A stretch of DNA of 26,916 nucleotides from Thermodesulfobacteriota bacterium. GTDB lineage: Bacteria > Desulfobacterota_D > UBA1144. This document shows, in pieces, positions 8,507 through 18,266 of this stretch (positions are counted from its first letter, which is position 1; the number at the start of each line of letters is the position of its first letter). The notes beneath the pieces were generated by a model. That model ran no database searches, was not told the origin of the DNA, and saw only the letters and a list, made by a program, of their open reading frames with translations. The stretch is taken from contig JAQWMJ010000049.1 of assembly GCA_029246845.1 (NCBI GenBank), positions 1-26,916 of the forward strand, given 5' to 3'. The translations under genes and the position numbers were made by a program.

Positions 8507-8797
8507 TTACTTATCAACTTCTTCTTTCTTGTCTACCTTAGTATTTAATGCATTAAGATAAAGATTCTTAAGATTAGAAAGTGTTTCAGACATAATCTTT
8601 TCTTCATCGTCCGATAAGTTGTTTTTGGTTTTTTCTTTTAAAACGTCTAATATATCTATTAAGTCCTTAGCTCTATTTAAGTCTATTGATACTTGACCTG
8701 TTGCAGGATCAGGTGAAAGACCCAAATGTATTGTCGCATTAACTGCATAAGACAGAATTATATTAGAAAAATTCATTAAAATTTTATCATCACTCAT
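8507..8797 (-). CDS. DUF1844-like protein
   Basis: HLGLSPDPATG..DLNRAKDLIDIL..LKEKTKNNLS..E pattern; GGAG RBS. Confidence 0.75.
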   Translation of the reverse strand: MSDDKILMNFSNIILSYAVNATIHLGLSPDPATGQVSIDLNRAKDLIDILDVLKEKTKNNLSDDEEKIMSETLSNLKNLYLNALNTKVDKKEEVDK

Positions 8798-8852
8798 TAT
8801 AAAAGCTCCATTTTTGACTATTATTTACTATATTAGGTATTTTATAGGCTAA

Positions 8853-9899
8853 TTAGAATATATCTAGCAATTTTTCTGCTATATCTACGAAAGCTTTACT
8901 TGATGGTGAATCAGGATTACTGTAGACGATAGGCTCCCCGTTGTCTCCACCTTTTCGTATTTCTGGATCTATTGGTATCTCACCCAAAAAAGGAACTTCA
9001 AACTTTTCTGCCATAGCTTTTCCGCCACCACGACCAAATATATCAATAATTTCATCACCATTCTGAAGATAGCTCATATTCTCTATTACTCCAAGAACAG
9101 GAACATTAAGCTTTTTAAACATTTGTATTCCTCTTTTGACATCTAACAGTGCTACATCCTGAGGTGTGGTGACAATAATTCCACCATTTAATGGAACTGT
9201 TTGAATTAAGGATAAATGAGCATCACCTGTTCCAGGTGGCAAATCTACAACTAGATTATCGACGCCTTCCCATTCAACGTCTTCAACAAATTGCTTGATG
9301 GCTCCATGTACCATGGGGCCTCTCCATATTACTGTATCATCGTCACTTAAAAGAAATCCAATTGACATCATTTTTATATTAAATTTTTCTATAGGTAGAA
9401 TTTTATCATCCTTCGTTGCCATAGGCTTTGTATCGATTCCACACATCATAGGTATGCTCGGTCCCCATATGTCAGCATCCATAAGTCCAAAATTTTTAAT
9501 TTTCTTAGAAAAAGCTAGAGCTAAGTTTATAGCAACTGTAGATTTACCAACACCTCCCTTACCACTCGCTATTGCAATATACTTTGAAATATTGGGTAAT
9601 TTAGGATTTGGTTCACTATCAGGAGAATTAGCAGGCTGTTGAACAGCGGCACCTTTATTCTGATATGCAGTAAATTGAAGTTCGGGATAATCCAATCCTT
9701 CTCTTGAAAAGGCATTGTTTATTCCAACTGTAAGCTTTTGAGCAAGTTCTTGATCTTCTTTAGGCAACTCTAGTACTATTGTAACTTTTTTATCTTCTAT
9801 AGATAAATCTTTAACAATTCCAAAAGAAATTATATCTCTAGTAAATCCAGGATAGGTTACATCTTTTAATAAATCGAATAAAAACTCTTTAGACTTCAT
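8853..9899 (-). CDS. mrp: Mrp/ApbC/NBP35 P-loop ATPase (Fe-S carrier family)
   Basis: SGKGGVGKST, DADIWGPS, IWRGPM, DLPPGTGD, VTTPQ, ENMS; N-terminal DUF59-like segment. Confidence 0.93.
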   Translation of the reverse strand: MKSKEFLFDLLKDVTYPGFTRDIISFGIVKDLSIEDKKVTIVLELPKEDQELAQKLTVGINNAFSREGLDYPELQFTAYQNKGAAVQQPANSPDSEPNPKLPNISKYIAIASGKGGVGKSTVAINLALAFSKKIKNFGLMDADIWGPSIPMMCGIDTKPMATKDDKILPIEKFNIKMMSIGFLLSDDDTVIWRGPMVHGAIKQFVEDVEWEGVDNLVVDLPPGTGDAHLSLIQTVPLNGGIIVTTPQDVALLDVKRGIQMFKKLNVPVLGVIENMSYLQNGDEIIDIFGRGGGKAMAEKFEVPFLGEIPIDPEIRKGGDNGEPIVYSNPDSPSSKAFVDIAEKLLDIF

Positions 9900-9902
9900 A
9901 AA

Positions 9903-10307
9903 TTACATACCAAGCTTATTCTTAGCTTCGTCAGACATCATGTTTGGATTCCATGGCGGATCCCAAATAATTTCAACTATCACTGTTTTAGCGCCCAATG
10001 CATATAATACATTTTCAACCTGCCTAGTAATTGCAGAACCCATAGAACAGCCAGGAGTTGTTAGGGACATTTTTATATCTATATTGTTATCAGCAGTTTC
10101 AACATTATAAATTAACCCCAAGTCAACAATACTTACTGGTAATTCGGGATCCATAACATTTTTAAGAGCATCCAGAACTGTCTCTGAGGTAAAAGTGTAG
10201 TCTGATTCTTGTTTCTCTTTCTTTTTAAAAGATGTAAGCTCTACATTTGAGGTGCTTGGACTATTTGTTGTTGAATTGATATCTTTTTTAAAAACAATTT
10301 TTTTCAT
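9903..10307 (-). CDS. DUF59/SufT/PaaD-like metal-sulfur cluster assembly factor
   Basis: DPEL..SIVDLGLIY, SLTTPGC, WDPPW..MMS.EAK. Confidence 0.9.
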   Translation of the reverse strand: MKKIVFKKDINSTTNSPSTSNVELTSFKKKEKQESDYTFTSETVLDALKNVMDPELPVSIVDLGLIYNVETADNNIDIKMSLTTPGCSMGSAITRQVENVLYALGAKTVIVEIIWDPPWNPNMMSDEAKNKLGM

Positions 10308-10356
10308 TTGAACTTATTATACACAAAAAAAAGATTCTTTCACTTAATTGAAAAAT

Positions 10357-10385
10357 TTGACACTTAATAGAAGATTCAATAAGCT
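10357..10385 (+). promoter_or_regulatory. Putative sigma70 promoter for ispG-proS-pyrF-maoC
   Basis: TTGACA (10357-10362), N17, TAAGCT (10380-10385), 8 nt before ATG. Confidence 0.6.
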
Positions 10386-10393
10386 AAAAATCA

Positions 10394-11449
10394 ATGCGTA
10401 GAGTAACAAGAACTATACAAGTGGGTAATGTTAAGATTGGGTCTGGAAATCCAATCCCAGTCCAAACAATGACTAAGACTGACACCAGAGATGTAGGAGC
10501 AACTGTTAACCAGATAAATGCTGTAGAAAGCGAAGGATGCCAGATTGTAAGATGTGCGGTCCCCGACATGGACGCGGCTAAGGCTTTAAAAGAAATAGTT
10601 AAAAAGACAAATATTCCAATTGTTGCCGATATACATTTTGATTACAGATTAGCCTTAGAGGCTATTAAATCAGGAATACATTGCCTGAGAATTAATCCTG
10701 GAAATATTGGAAATAGGAGAAGAATCGAGGAAGTAGTCAAAAGCTTGAAGATTGCTAGTATTCCAGTAAGGATAGGTGTTAATTCTGGTTCTTTGGAAAA
10801 AGATATATTAAAGAAACATGGTTCACCCACTGCAGATGCTCTGGTTGAAAGTGCCATAAGACATATAAATATTTTAGACGAATTGAATTTCTATGATATT
10901 AAGATTTCCGTTAAATCGTCAAATGTTAAGATCATGCAAGAAGCTTACAGGAAACTTGGAGAGCAAACAGACTATCCACTTCATTTAGGGGTGACCGAAG
11001 CAGGAACTTACGCTGTTGGATCTGTTAAGTCTGCAATTGGAATTGGAAGCTTAATTTCTGAAGGACTAGGTGATACTATTAGAGTCTCACTCACAGATGA
11101 TCCGATAAAAGAAGTACAGTTAGGAAATAATATACTGAAAGCTTTGGGCCACTTTAAGAATGGTATTGAGCTTATTTCTTGCCCTGGTTGTGGAAGATTA
11201 GAAATAGATTTGCAGTCATTAGTTGAAGAGGTAGAAAGAAGAGTTGCTAAAATTAAGCTTAAAAGAACGTTAAAGGTCTCAGTTCTTGGGTGTGTCGTTA
11301 ACGGTCCAGGGGAAGCTCTAGGTTCCGATATAGGTATAGCTGGCGGAGATGGTAAAGGCCTAGTTTATAAGGGCGGAAAATTATATAAATCATGTAAAGA
11401 AAGCGAATTGGTGGATATACTTATTGAGGAGATTAAAAATCTTAATTGA
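10394..11449 (+). CDS. ispG: 4-hydroxy-3-methylbut-2-en-1-yl diphosphate synthase
   Basis: VQTMT, ADIHF, RINPGNIG, RIGVNSGSLE, HLGVTEAG, SCPGCGR, GCVVNGPGEA. Confidence 0.98.
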   Translation: MRRVTRTIQVGNVKIGSGNPIPVQTMTKTDTRDVGATVNQINAVESEGCQIVRCAVPDMDAAKALKEIVKKTNIPIVADIHFDYRLALEAIKSGIHCLRINPGNIGNRRRIEEVVKSLKIASIPVRIGVNSGSLEKDILKKHGSPTADALVESAIRHINILDELNFYDIKISVKSSNVKIMQEAYRKLGEQTDYPLHLGVTEAGTYAVGSVKSAIGIGSLISEGLGDTIRVSLTDDPIKEVQLGNNILKALGHFKNGIELISCPGCGRLEIDLQSLVEEVERRVAKIKLKRTLKVSVLGCVVNGPGEALGSDIGIAGGDGKGLVYKGGKLYKSCKESELVDILIEEIKNLN

Positions 11450-11463
11450 TTTAAATATTAAAA

Positions 11464-13176
11464 TTGAAATTATCTAATTATCTTATAGCAACTTTAAAAG
11501 AAGCTCCTTCGGACGCTGAGACTACAAGCCATCAATTAATGGTTAGAGCTGGCATGATTAGAAAAATAGCAGCAGGAGTTTATAACTTTCTCCCTACTGG
11601 TTTAAGGGTTTTTCGTAAAGTAGAGAATATTATAAGAGAAGAAATGAACAAGGCCGGTGCTATAGAGGTAATGATGCCCTTTGTTACGCCTGCCGATTTA
11701 TGGGACAAAAGTGGAAGGTGGGATATATATGGTAAGGAATTGCTCAGATTTAAAGATAGGGCTGATAGAGACTTCTGTCTAGGTCCCACTCATGAGGAAG
11801 TGGTAACTGATATGGTAGATAGGGAGGTTAAATCTTACAAAAATTTACCTATAACTATTTATCAAATTCAACCTAAATTTAGAGATGAAATTAGACCTAG
11901 GTTTGGTGTTATGAGAGCAAGAGAGTTTACAATGAAAGATGCATACAGCTTCGACGTAAATGAAATGGGTGCAGAAAAATCCTATATAAGTATGTTTAAT
12001 GCTTATAAAAGTATTTTTGATAGATGTGGATTAACATACAAGGCTGTTGAAGCTGACTCTGGCAATATAGGTGGGAGTTTTTCTCATGAATTTATGGTTT
12101 TAGCGGAAACTGGAGAAGACCTAGTTTTAAGCTGTAACTGCTGTGACTTCGCTGCCAATGTTGAGACTACAAGCATTAAAGAGCTAGAGGCTTTAATTAA
12201 AAATGTAGATTTGATATCACCTGAAGAGATTAGCACACCAAAAATGACTTCGGTTGATGACGTAGCAAGTTTCTTAAAGGTTAGCTCTAGTGATATTGTT
12301 AAAACACTAATTCTTGAATCTGACGAAGAGTTAATAGCGGTCTTAATTCGGGGTGATCACGATCTAAGCTTAACTAAGTTAAAGAAATTCTTAGACGTTG
12401 ATTTTTTAGATTTTGCAACTGAAGAAGTCCTAAGAAAGAGAAAATTCATTAAGGGGTTTTGTGGACCTATGAATTTAAATATTAAGATTTATTCGGATAA
12501 TGCAATTAAAGTGATGTCTAATTTCACTACAGGTTCCAATAAAAAAGACTTTCATTATCAAGGTGTGAATCATAATAGGGATTTTCCCGTTGAAAGCTTT
12601 GGAGACTTTAGAGAAGCCATTGATGGAGATTTATGTCCTTCCAATAACTGCGAAGGAACATTAAGTTCTACCCGTGGAATAGAAGTTGGTCATGTCTTCA
12701 AGTTAGGTACAAAGTATAGTGAGAGTATGAATGCAACATTTGCTGATCAGGATGGCAAAGAGAAGAATTACTACATGGGTTGCTATGGAATAGGGGTCGG
12801 TAGAGTGGTGGCAGCGGCTGTTGAACAAAATAATGATGAAAATGGAATTAGGTTCCCAATTGCACTTGCACCTTTTCAGATTGTTATAATATCTACAGAT
12901 AAAAAAGAGGGAGAATCTCTCATAAAGGCTAGAAAAATATACGATTTCCTTCTAAATCTAGGTTACGATATTGCAATAGACGATAGAACTGAGAATCCTG
13001 GCGTTAAATTTAAAGATGCAGAACTCTTAGGAATACCATTGCAATTAAGAATAGGGCCAAAATCCTTAGCAAAAGGATTAGTGGAATTAAAAAACAGGCT
13101 GACTGGTGATGTTTTAGAGATAGATAAAGATAGTTTGGAATTAATCAAAGAGAAAATAGATGAACTACTCAGATAA
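11464..13176 (+). CDS. proS: Proline--tRNA ligase (bacterial type with editing domain)
   Basis: LGPTHEE, KFRDEIRPRFG.MRAREF.MKDAYSF, GIEVGHVFKLG.KYS, MGCYGIG; TTG start. Confidence 0.98.
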   Translation: MKLSNYLIATLKEAPSDAETTSHQLMVRAGMIRKIAAGVYNFLPTGLRVFRKVENIIREEMNKAGAIEVMMPFVTPADLWDKSGRWDIYGKELLRFKDRADRDFCLGPTHEEVVTDMVDREVKSYKNLPITIYQIQPKFRDEIRPRFGVMRAREFTMKDAYSFDVNEMGAEKSYISMFNAYKSIFDRCGLTYKAVEADSGNIGGSFSHEFMVLAETGEDLVLSCNCCDFAANVETTSIKELEALIKNVDLISPEEISTPKMTSVDDVASFLKVSSSDIVKTLILESDEELIAVLIRGDHDLSLTKLKKFLDVDFLDFATEEVLRKRKFIKGFCGPMNLNIKIYSDNAIKVMSNFTTGSNKKDFHYQGVNHNRDFPVESFGDFREAIDGDLCPSNNCEGTLSSTRGIEVGHVFKLGTKYSESMNATFADQDGKEKNYYMGCYGIGVGRVVAAAVEQNNDENGIRFPIALAPFQIVIISTDKKEGESLIKARKIYDFLLNLGYDIAIDDRTENPGVKFKDAELLGIPLQLRIGPKSLAKGLVELKNRLTGDVLEIDKDSLELIKEKIDELLR

Positions 13177-13906
13177 AATTATATTAGCATTAGATAGTAA
13201 TGAAATTGAAAATAATCTTTCATTAATTAAAGAACTAGTCCCACCAATTAAAATACTTAAGATAGGACCCGTAGCTTTCCTTCCAAATTCAAAAGAATTA
13301 ACTGAAGCAATAAGAAAGTCTAACGCTTCAGTTATGTTTGACTTCAAGTTCTTTGATATACCAAATACAATTATTGAGTCATTAAGATTTCTTTTCGAGA
13401 TAAATACAAAAATTTTTACTATGCACTGTCTTGCAGGCCCAAAAGCTATTTCATCTGTAGTGACTAAAATTAATGATTTAAACAATAAAATAGTCCATGA
13501 ACTTAAGCTCGACAAAAATAGTCATACAAATTATGGGGGTAGACCCGAGATTTTTGGAGTTACTATCCTAACAAGCTTTGATAATGCGGAGCTAGTATCT
13601 ATTGGCTTAAAAGGAACAGTCGAGGATAATGTTCTAAGGCTGGCCGAAAGTTCTATTGAGGCGGGAATTGATGGTGTTGTTTGCTCGGGGCATGAGATTG
13701 AATCTATTAGAAAAAATTTTGGCACCAAAGTTAAAATATTAGTACCCGGAGTAAGGCTAGATTCCTCTGATGATGATCAGAAAAGGATAATTACACCCAA
13801 GGAAGCATTTACCCTAGGTGCAGACTATATAGTATTAGGTAGAACTTTAACTTCTTACGAAGATAAGAAGGTTAGATATGATAGTATATTAAAATCTTTA
13901 GATTAA
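13160..13906 (+). CDS. pyrF: Orotidine-5'-phosphate decarboxylase
   Basis: IILALD, DFKFFDIPNT, VTILTS, DGVVCS, VPGVR, DQKR, GADYIVLGR. Confidence 0.95.
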   Translation: MNYSDKIILALDSNEIENNLSLIKELVPPIKILKIGPVAFLPNSKELTEAIRKSNASVMFDFKFFDIPNTIIESLRFLFEINTKIFTMHCLAGPKAISSVVTKINDLNNKIVHELKLDKNSHTNYGGRPEIFGVTILTSFDNAELVSIGLKGTVEDNVLRLAESSIEAGIDGVVCSGHEIESIRKNFGTKVKILVPGVRLDSSDDDQKRIITPKEAFTLGADYIVLGRTLTSYEDKKVRYDSILKSLD

Positions 13907-13917
13907 GGTGGTGAATA

Positions 13918-14805
13918 ATGGGACTAAATACCAAATATATCGGACATAAGACTGAGACTTCTTCTGAGGAAATAAATTGGGACAATGTCCTTTCATATTT
14001 GTCTTCTATTGGATCATCAAATTCTTTTTATAAAAATAATAATGTCGCTCCTCATATGTTTAATGTTGTGCATGAAATAAGTCTGGTTGAAAGTATATGG
14101 AAGATGGAAGATTTGTATGAATCTCGAGAAGAAATGGATAGGAGTGTTCTAATGCTTGTTCATGGTGAGCAGACAATGAATTTCTCTAGACTACTTAAGA
14201 TTGGTGAAAAAATAGATTCTTATGCTTTAGTTGAGAATATACAACAAAAAGGTTTGAATAATATTCTGAAACTTAAGGTTGTTCATGTTGACTCAGATAA
14301 TAAAGAAGTAGGGGACTCATCTTGGACTTTATTCATTCGAGCATCAGATTCTGAAATTGCGAAAGCGAAAGAGCTAAGAAAGAATGATCCACCTAAGCCA
14401 AAAAAATCTCCACCCGTTCAAGTAGAACAACCTAATTATATTGTAGAAAGTAATTTTGATATTGAAGACGGTATTACTCATAAGTATGCTCAGGCATCCA
14501 GAGATCAGAACCCTATACATATAGATAAAGAAACTGCGGGTAGGGCAGGACTCCAAGGGATAATAGTTCATGGCTTATGTACAATGGCTATGACAATGGA
14601 TAATTTAATTGATAAATACCTAAACTCCGACCCATCAAGGATTTCTTCTATATCTTTACGATTTTCCAGTCCGGTTTGGCCTGGGGACAAGTTAAAAGTT
14701 AATGGTTGGAATGTGGATAATAGCACTGATTTGTTAAGATTTGAAGTTGAAAATGCTTCTAAAACAAAAGTAATAAAAAGTGGAAAGCTAACTATTAAAG
14801 ATTAA
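13918..14805 (+). CDS. MaoC-family double hot-dog (R)-enoyl-CoA hydratase/dehydratase
   Basis: N-domain LVHGEQ; C-domain YAQASRDQNPIH.D..A..AGL..IVHGLCT and RFSSPVWPGD; Pro/Lys-rich linker. Confidence 0.88.
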   Translation: MGLNTKYIGHKTETSSEEINWDNVLSYLSSIGSSNSFYKNNNVAPHMFNVVHEISLVESIWKMEDLYESREEMDRSVLMLVHGEQTMNFSRLLKIGEKIDSYALVENIQQKGLNNILKLKVVHVDSDNKEVGDSSWTLFIRASDSEIAKAKELRKNDPPKPKKSPPVQVEQPNYIVESNFDIEDGITHKYAQASRDQNPIHIDKETAGRAGLQGIIVHGLCTMAMTMDNLIDKYLNSDPSRISSISLRFSSPVWPGDKLKVNGWNVDNSTDLLRFEVENASKTKVIKSGKLTIKD

Positions 14806-16432
14806 CTACTTTTTGATTTTTCAAGCTAGACTTAACAATCTTTTCTATTTCGCTTCGTGCGTCTTGTATTCCCATATTTTTTAAAGATGAAACACATGGC
14901 TGTTGGAACTTTTCTCTTAAATAGCGCAGATTGTCATCATTAATGAGGTCAATTTTATTGAAGATAATAATTCTCTTATGATCAATAAGCTTAGTTCTAA
15001 TTAGTGTATCCTCAACTGACATAATTTTTTCTTCGAAGTTCTCTTCCGCAGAATCTACAATGTGTATCAATAGATCTGATTGATTTATTTCTTCTAGTGT
15101 TGCCCTGAAAGAAGATATTAGATCTTCGGGTAAGTCTGTTATAAAACCCACTGTATCACTAAGTAAGATTTCTGTTTCATCAGAAATATAGGTCTTTCTA
15201 GTTGTTGGATTAAGTGTGGAAAATGGCTTCGTGCTTTCAATTACGCTCGATTTTGTTAGCTTATTAAATAATGTTGATTTTCCTGCACATGTGTATCCTA
15301 TCAATGTAGCAGAAAAAAGCTCATTCTTTTCTCTTTTGGATCTATTCTGTTTTCGTCTATAACTTAAAGCATTGATTTGTTTTTCAAGTAAGTTGATTCT
15401 TTTTCTCAAATATCTCCTTCTTTGCTCAATTTTCTTTTCACCTGGACCTTTTGAGCTTATACCTCCACCAATTTGAGAGAAGTTTTTACCGCTCCCAGCT
15501 ATTCGGGGTAGTTCATACTTAAGTCTAGCTAGCTCAATCTGAACATGGGCCTCCTTCGATTGAGCATTTTTCTTGAAAATCTCTAGAATTAATTCCGTCC
15601 TGTCTGATACTTCCATGTACGTAAGTTTTGAAACCTCTTTTGATTGAAAAGGTAGAAGCTCTTTATTGAAAATAATTTTATGAGCTCCTAAATATTCAGC
15701 TTCAAGTAAAATATCAAGAAGAAAACCTTTACCAACTAGAGTCTTTGTATCATGGCTTTTTCTTAGTTGAGAACTAGAACCTACCACTTCTTTATTAAGA
15801 GATTTTGATAGCTCTCTTAATTCGTCCATAGAGTTTGTTAATTCTTTCTTGTTAGAAGTCCCTACACCAACTAGATAGATTTTTTCTTTCATCTTTCTTA
15901 ATTTAGAAACTTTTTTCTTTAAAGTACTTTTCTCACTAAAAGCCCATAGTGATTCTTCGTTTAGCATGTTGATATCATTGAAATCTTGAATATTCCAAAA
16001 ATCATTTGATTTAGCATCATTATTCTTATAACAAAGTGAAAATATATTCTTATCTATAGAGGCTCTTCTAATTAATAAATAGTTTAAAAATTTTGAGTTG
16101 ATAAGGGATACTTTTTCATTCTTTTGAAACCCATTGTTTCTGTTAGAGATAGTTATTAATCTTTTTGAATTCCCAATATCTTTCTCACCAAATTTAAGGA
16201 CAGTGTAGTCTTCAACTTCCCAAATTTCTCCAATATAGATTAGGTCTATTTTACCTCTATGATTTATAACTAAATTAATATTTCTACCTATGATATCGTG
16301 GGCATTCGATAGATAGATTAAAAATTCTTTAGATATAATCGACTGGTTTACAATCCTCTTTCTGAACAAACTTAATAGCTCTTTTTTTTCTATGCTTTTT
16401 AAATTAGCTGTGTTGCCATATAACGATGCTAT
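14795..16432 (-). CDS. hflX: Ribosome-associated GTPase HflX, long form with N-terminal extension
   Basis: DRTELILEIF, ELARLKYELPR, KGPGEK, G1 GYTCAGKST, DTVGFI, F.ATLEE, NKID; start placed at ATA 16432 (see findings), ORF track gives TTG 16369. Confidence 0.93.
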   Translation of the reverse strand: MASLYGNTANLKSIEKKELLSLFRKRIVNQSIISKEFLIYLSNAHDIIGRNINLVINHRGKIDLIYIGEIWEVEDYTVLKFGEKDIGNSKRLITISNRNNGFQKNEKVSLINSKFLNYLLIRRASIDKNIFSLCYKNNDAKSNDFWNIQDFNDINMLNEESLWAFSEKSTLKKKVSKLRKMKEKIYLVGVGTSNKKELTNSMDELRELSKSLNKEVVGSSSQLRKSHDTKTLVGKGFLLDILLEAEYLGAHKIIFNKELLPFQSKEVSKLTYMEVSDRTELILEIFKKNAQSKEAHVQIELARLKYELPRIAGSGKNFSQIGGGISSKGPGEKKIEQRRRYLRKRINLLEKQINALSYRRKQNRSKREKNELFSATLIGYTCAGKSTLFNKLTKSSVIESTKPFSTLNPTTRKTYISDETEILLSDTVGFITDLPEDLISSFRATLEEINQSDLLIHIVDSAEENFEEKIMSVEDTLIRTKLIDHKRIIIFNKIDLINDDNLRYLREKFQQPCVSSLKNMGIQDARSEIEKIVKSSLKNQKVVNL

Positions 16433-16436
16433 GAGC

Positions 16437-16766
16437 TTATCCCTCCTTTATGGTCAGCTTAAAACCAAACCTATTGTCATACTTTCTTTTATCATCATAT
16501 TTAATTGCTGATACTTCTTTCTTTTCTTCTTCATCGAGCATCTCTTCGGCTGTAGCTTTAAGCTGCTTCCCATTAATCTCAATCTCTGCATAATTATCAG
16601 ATAAAAGATTGTTATACCATTTAGAGTCCCTATTTCTTCTAGTTATATAAAAAAAACCATCTTTGAGAACAACTTTAAGTTTTGTTGACACTATATTTTT
16701 TGATTGGATGCTTACAGTTGAAACTTTAGTGATGAATGTCGATGGAGACTTTATATTTAAAATCAT
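16437..16766 (-). CDS. Split-barrel protein resembling deazaflavin-dependent nitroreductase (DDN) family
   Basis: SKWYNNLL...AEIEING....ATAE resembles the DDN WxxNL.xP.V motif; divergent. Confidence 0.55.
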   Translation of the reverse strand: MILNIKSPSTFITKVSTVSIQSKNIVSTKLKVVLKDGFFYITRRNRDSKWYNNLLSDNYAEIEINGKQLKATAEEMLDEEEKKEVSAIKYDDKRKYDNRFGFKLTIKEG

Positions 16767-16806
16767 GTAATAATTATAAGACTAACATAAAGATGTTTTT
16801 TTAAAA

Positions 16807-17157
16807 ATGAATAAATTTGCAAGTTTTTTTTCTTATATTAATAACGAATTTAAAGATTTAGATTATCTTATAGTAGAGGTTGAACCTAGAACTTTAAATC
16901 ATTTAGCTAATTTGAAGACAACTTCAAATTCTTTAATTGTTCAACTAAAAGAAAAGGCCATTATATTTTATGTTAGAGGGGATGAGTGCGTAGTCCTTGG
17001 AAGTATAATAGGAGAATCTACTAGGAAATTTAAACAGCTCCTCATTCTTACTTACAATGAAGAAAATGGATCAATTCAAGATAATACTAAGAATAAAATA
17101 GATAAAATAGCTGTTAAAGATAGCCTTAATGGTTGGTTAATAAAGGACATAGCTTAA
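16807..17157 (+). CDS. Hypothetical protein
   Basis: 116 aa ORF filling the gap; no recognised motif. Confidence 0.6.
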   Translation: MNKFASFFSYINNEFKDLDYLIVEVEPRTLNHLANLKTTSNSLIVQLKEKAIIFYVRGDECVVLGSIIGESTRKFKQLLILTYNEENGSIQDNTKNKIDKIAVKDSLNGWLIKDIA

Positions 17158-17310
17158 GCTAATAAGCCCAATTAAGAAAACTATAAATCCAAAAATACCT
17201 ATGACGTAAGGTAAAGCTTCTAATTCATTCGGCTCAAGTTTATATTTCTCAAGAAACTCTTGTGCTTTTGGGGGTAGTTTTTGAATAATTAGTTCTTTAA
17301 TTATGCTCAT
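17137..17310 (-). CDS. Small protein (57 aa) with C-terminal transmembrane helix
   Basis: ATG 17310 (MSIIKEL...) avoids overlap with the radical SAM gene; TATACT 10 nt upstream; hydrophobic C-terminus. Confidence 0.55.
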   Translation of the reverse strand: MSIIKELIIQKLPPKAQEFLEKYKLEPNELEALPYVIGIFGFIVFLIGLISLSYVLY

Positions 17311-17362
17311 ATGAAATGTTAGTATATATAAATAAAGAAGCGAATAAAAGAGTGAATATAAA

Positions 17363-18253
17363 ATGATTAAATTTGAACAACCTATGTTTAGACCACCGAG
17401 TGAAGCCAATAGCTTGCTAATTCAAGCTACTATTGGCTGCTCGCATAATTCATGTACATATTGTGCTATGTATAGAGAGTCAAATCAGAAGTTTAGAATG
17501 AGATCTGAAAAAGAGATTTTCCAAATCATTAATGAAAATTCAAGCCCAACATATAAAAAGGCTTTTATAGCTGACGGGAACGCTTTAGTTTTGCCAACAA
17601 AGTTGTTACTTAAGACTATTAAAAGAATTTATGAGAATAATAAAAATATTAAACAGATATCTATATATGGAAATGTTGGTGACATTCTTAGGAAAAAGCC
17701 TGAGGATCTAAAAGAATTAGCTGCTGCAGGACTAGACATGGTTTATATAGGATTTGAAAGTGGAGACGATGTTACTCTTAAGAGAATTAAGAAAGGTGCT
17801 AATAAGATAAAAACAATTGATGCCATGAGAAAGCTTAAAGATGCAGGCATTAAGGTCTCAGGTATGGTCTTGTTAGGAGTTGGCGGTAAAGAAAGAAGCT
17901 TTGTTCATGCCTATGAAACTGCAGATATGCTATCAAAAGGAGATCCTGATTATGTTGGATTGCTCTCTCTTCAAGTAAGACCTGGAGCCCCTATATACAA
18001 GTCCTGGGAGAGTGGAGACTTTGAACTCCCTGATAAATTTCAAATATTAAAAGAGTTGGAAATAATTGCGGAAAACACTGTTCTTACAAATGGACATTTT
18101 TTTTCAAATCACATTTCTAATTATCTTCCAATAAAAGCAATCTATCCTAGGGATAAAGAAAAAACTGTTAAGAAGATCAAGGGAATTATATCTAAGAAGT
18201 CAGAGAAAGATTTAAGGTCCGAATATTATAGAGATGTGGTAAATCAATATTAA
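17363..18253 (+). CDS. Radical SAM protein, function unknown
   Basis: RPPSEA.SLLIQATIGCSHNSCTYCAMY (CxxxCxxC), FIADGNAL, GFESG, SNHISNY. Confidence 0.92.
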   Translation: MIKFEQPMFRPPSEANSLLIQATIGCSHNSCTYCAMYRESNQKFRMRSEKEIFQIINENSSPTYKKAFIADGNALVLPTKLLLKTIKRIYENNKNIKQISIYGNVGDILRKKPEDLKELAAAGLDMVYIGFESGDDVTLKRIKKGANKIKTIDAMRKLKDAGIKVSGMVLLGVGGKERSFVHAYETADMLSKGDPDYVGLLSLQVRPGAPIYKSWESGDFELPDKFQILKELEIIAENTVLTNGHFFSNHISNYLPIKAIYPRDKEKTVKKIKGIISKKSEKDLRSEYYRDVVNQY

Positions 18254-18266
18254 GGGGAATTAAATA

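Noticed and set aside
16399..16419. ATG at 16419 as hflX start with a frameshift in the A-run
   Set aside because: That frame stops after 6 codons (MATQLI), while the HflX-like frame is continuous from ATA 16432
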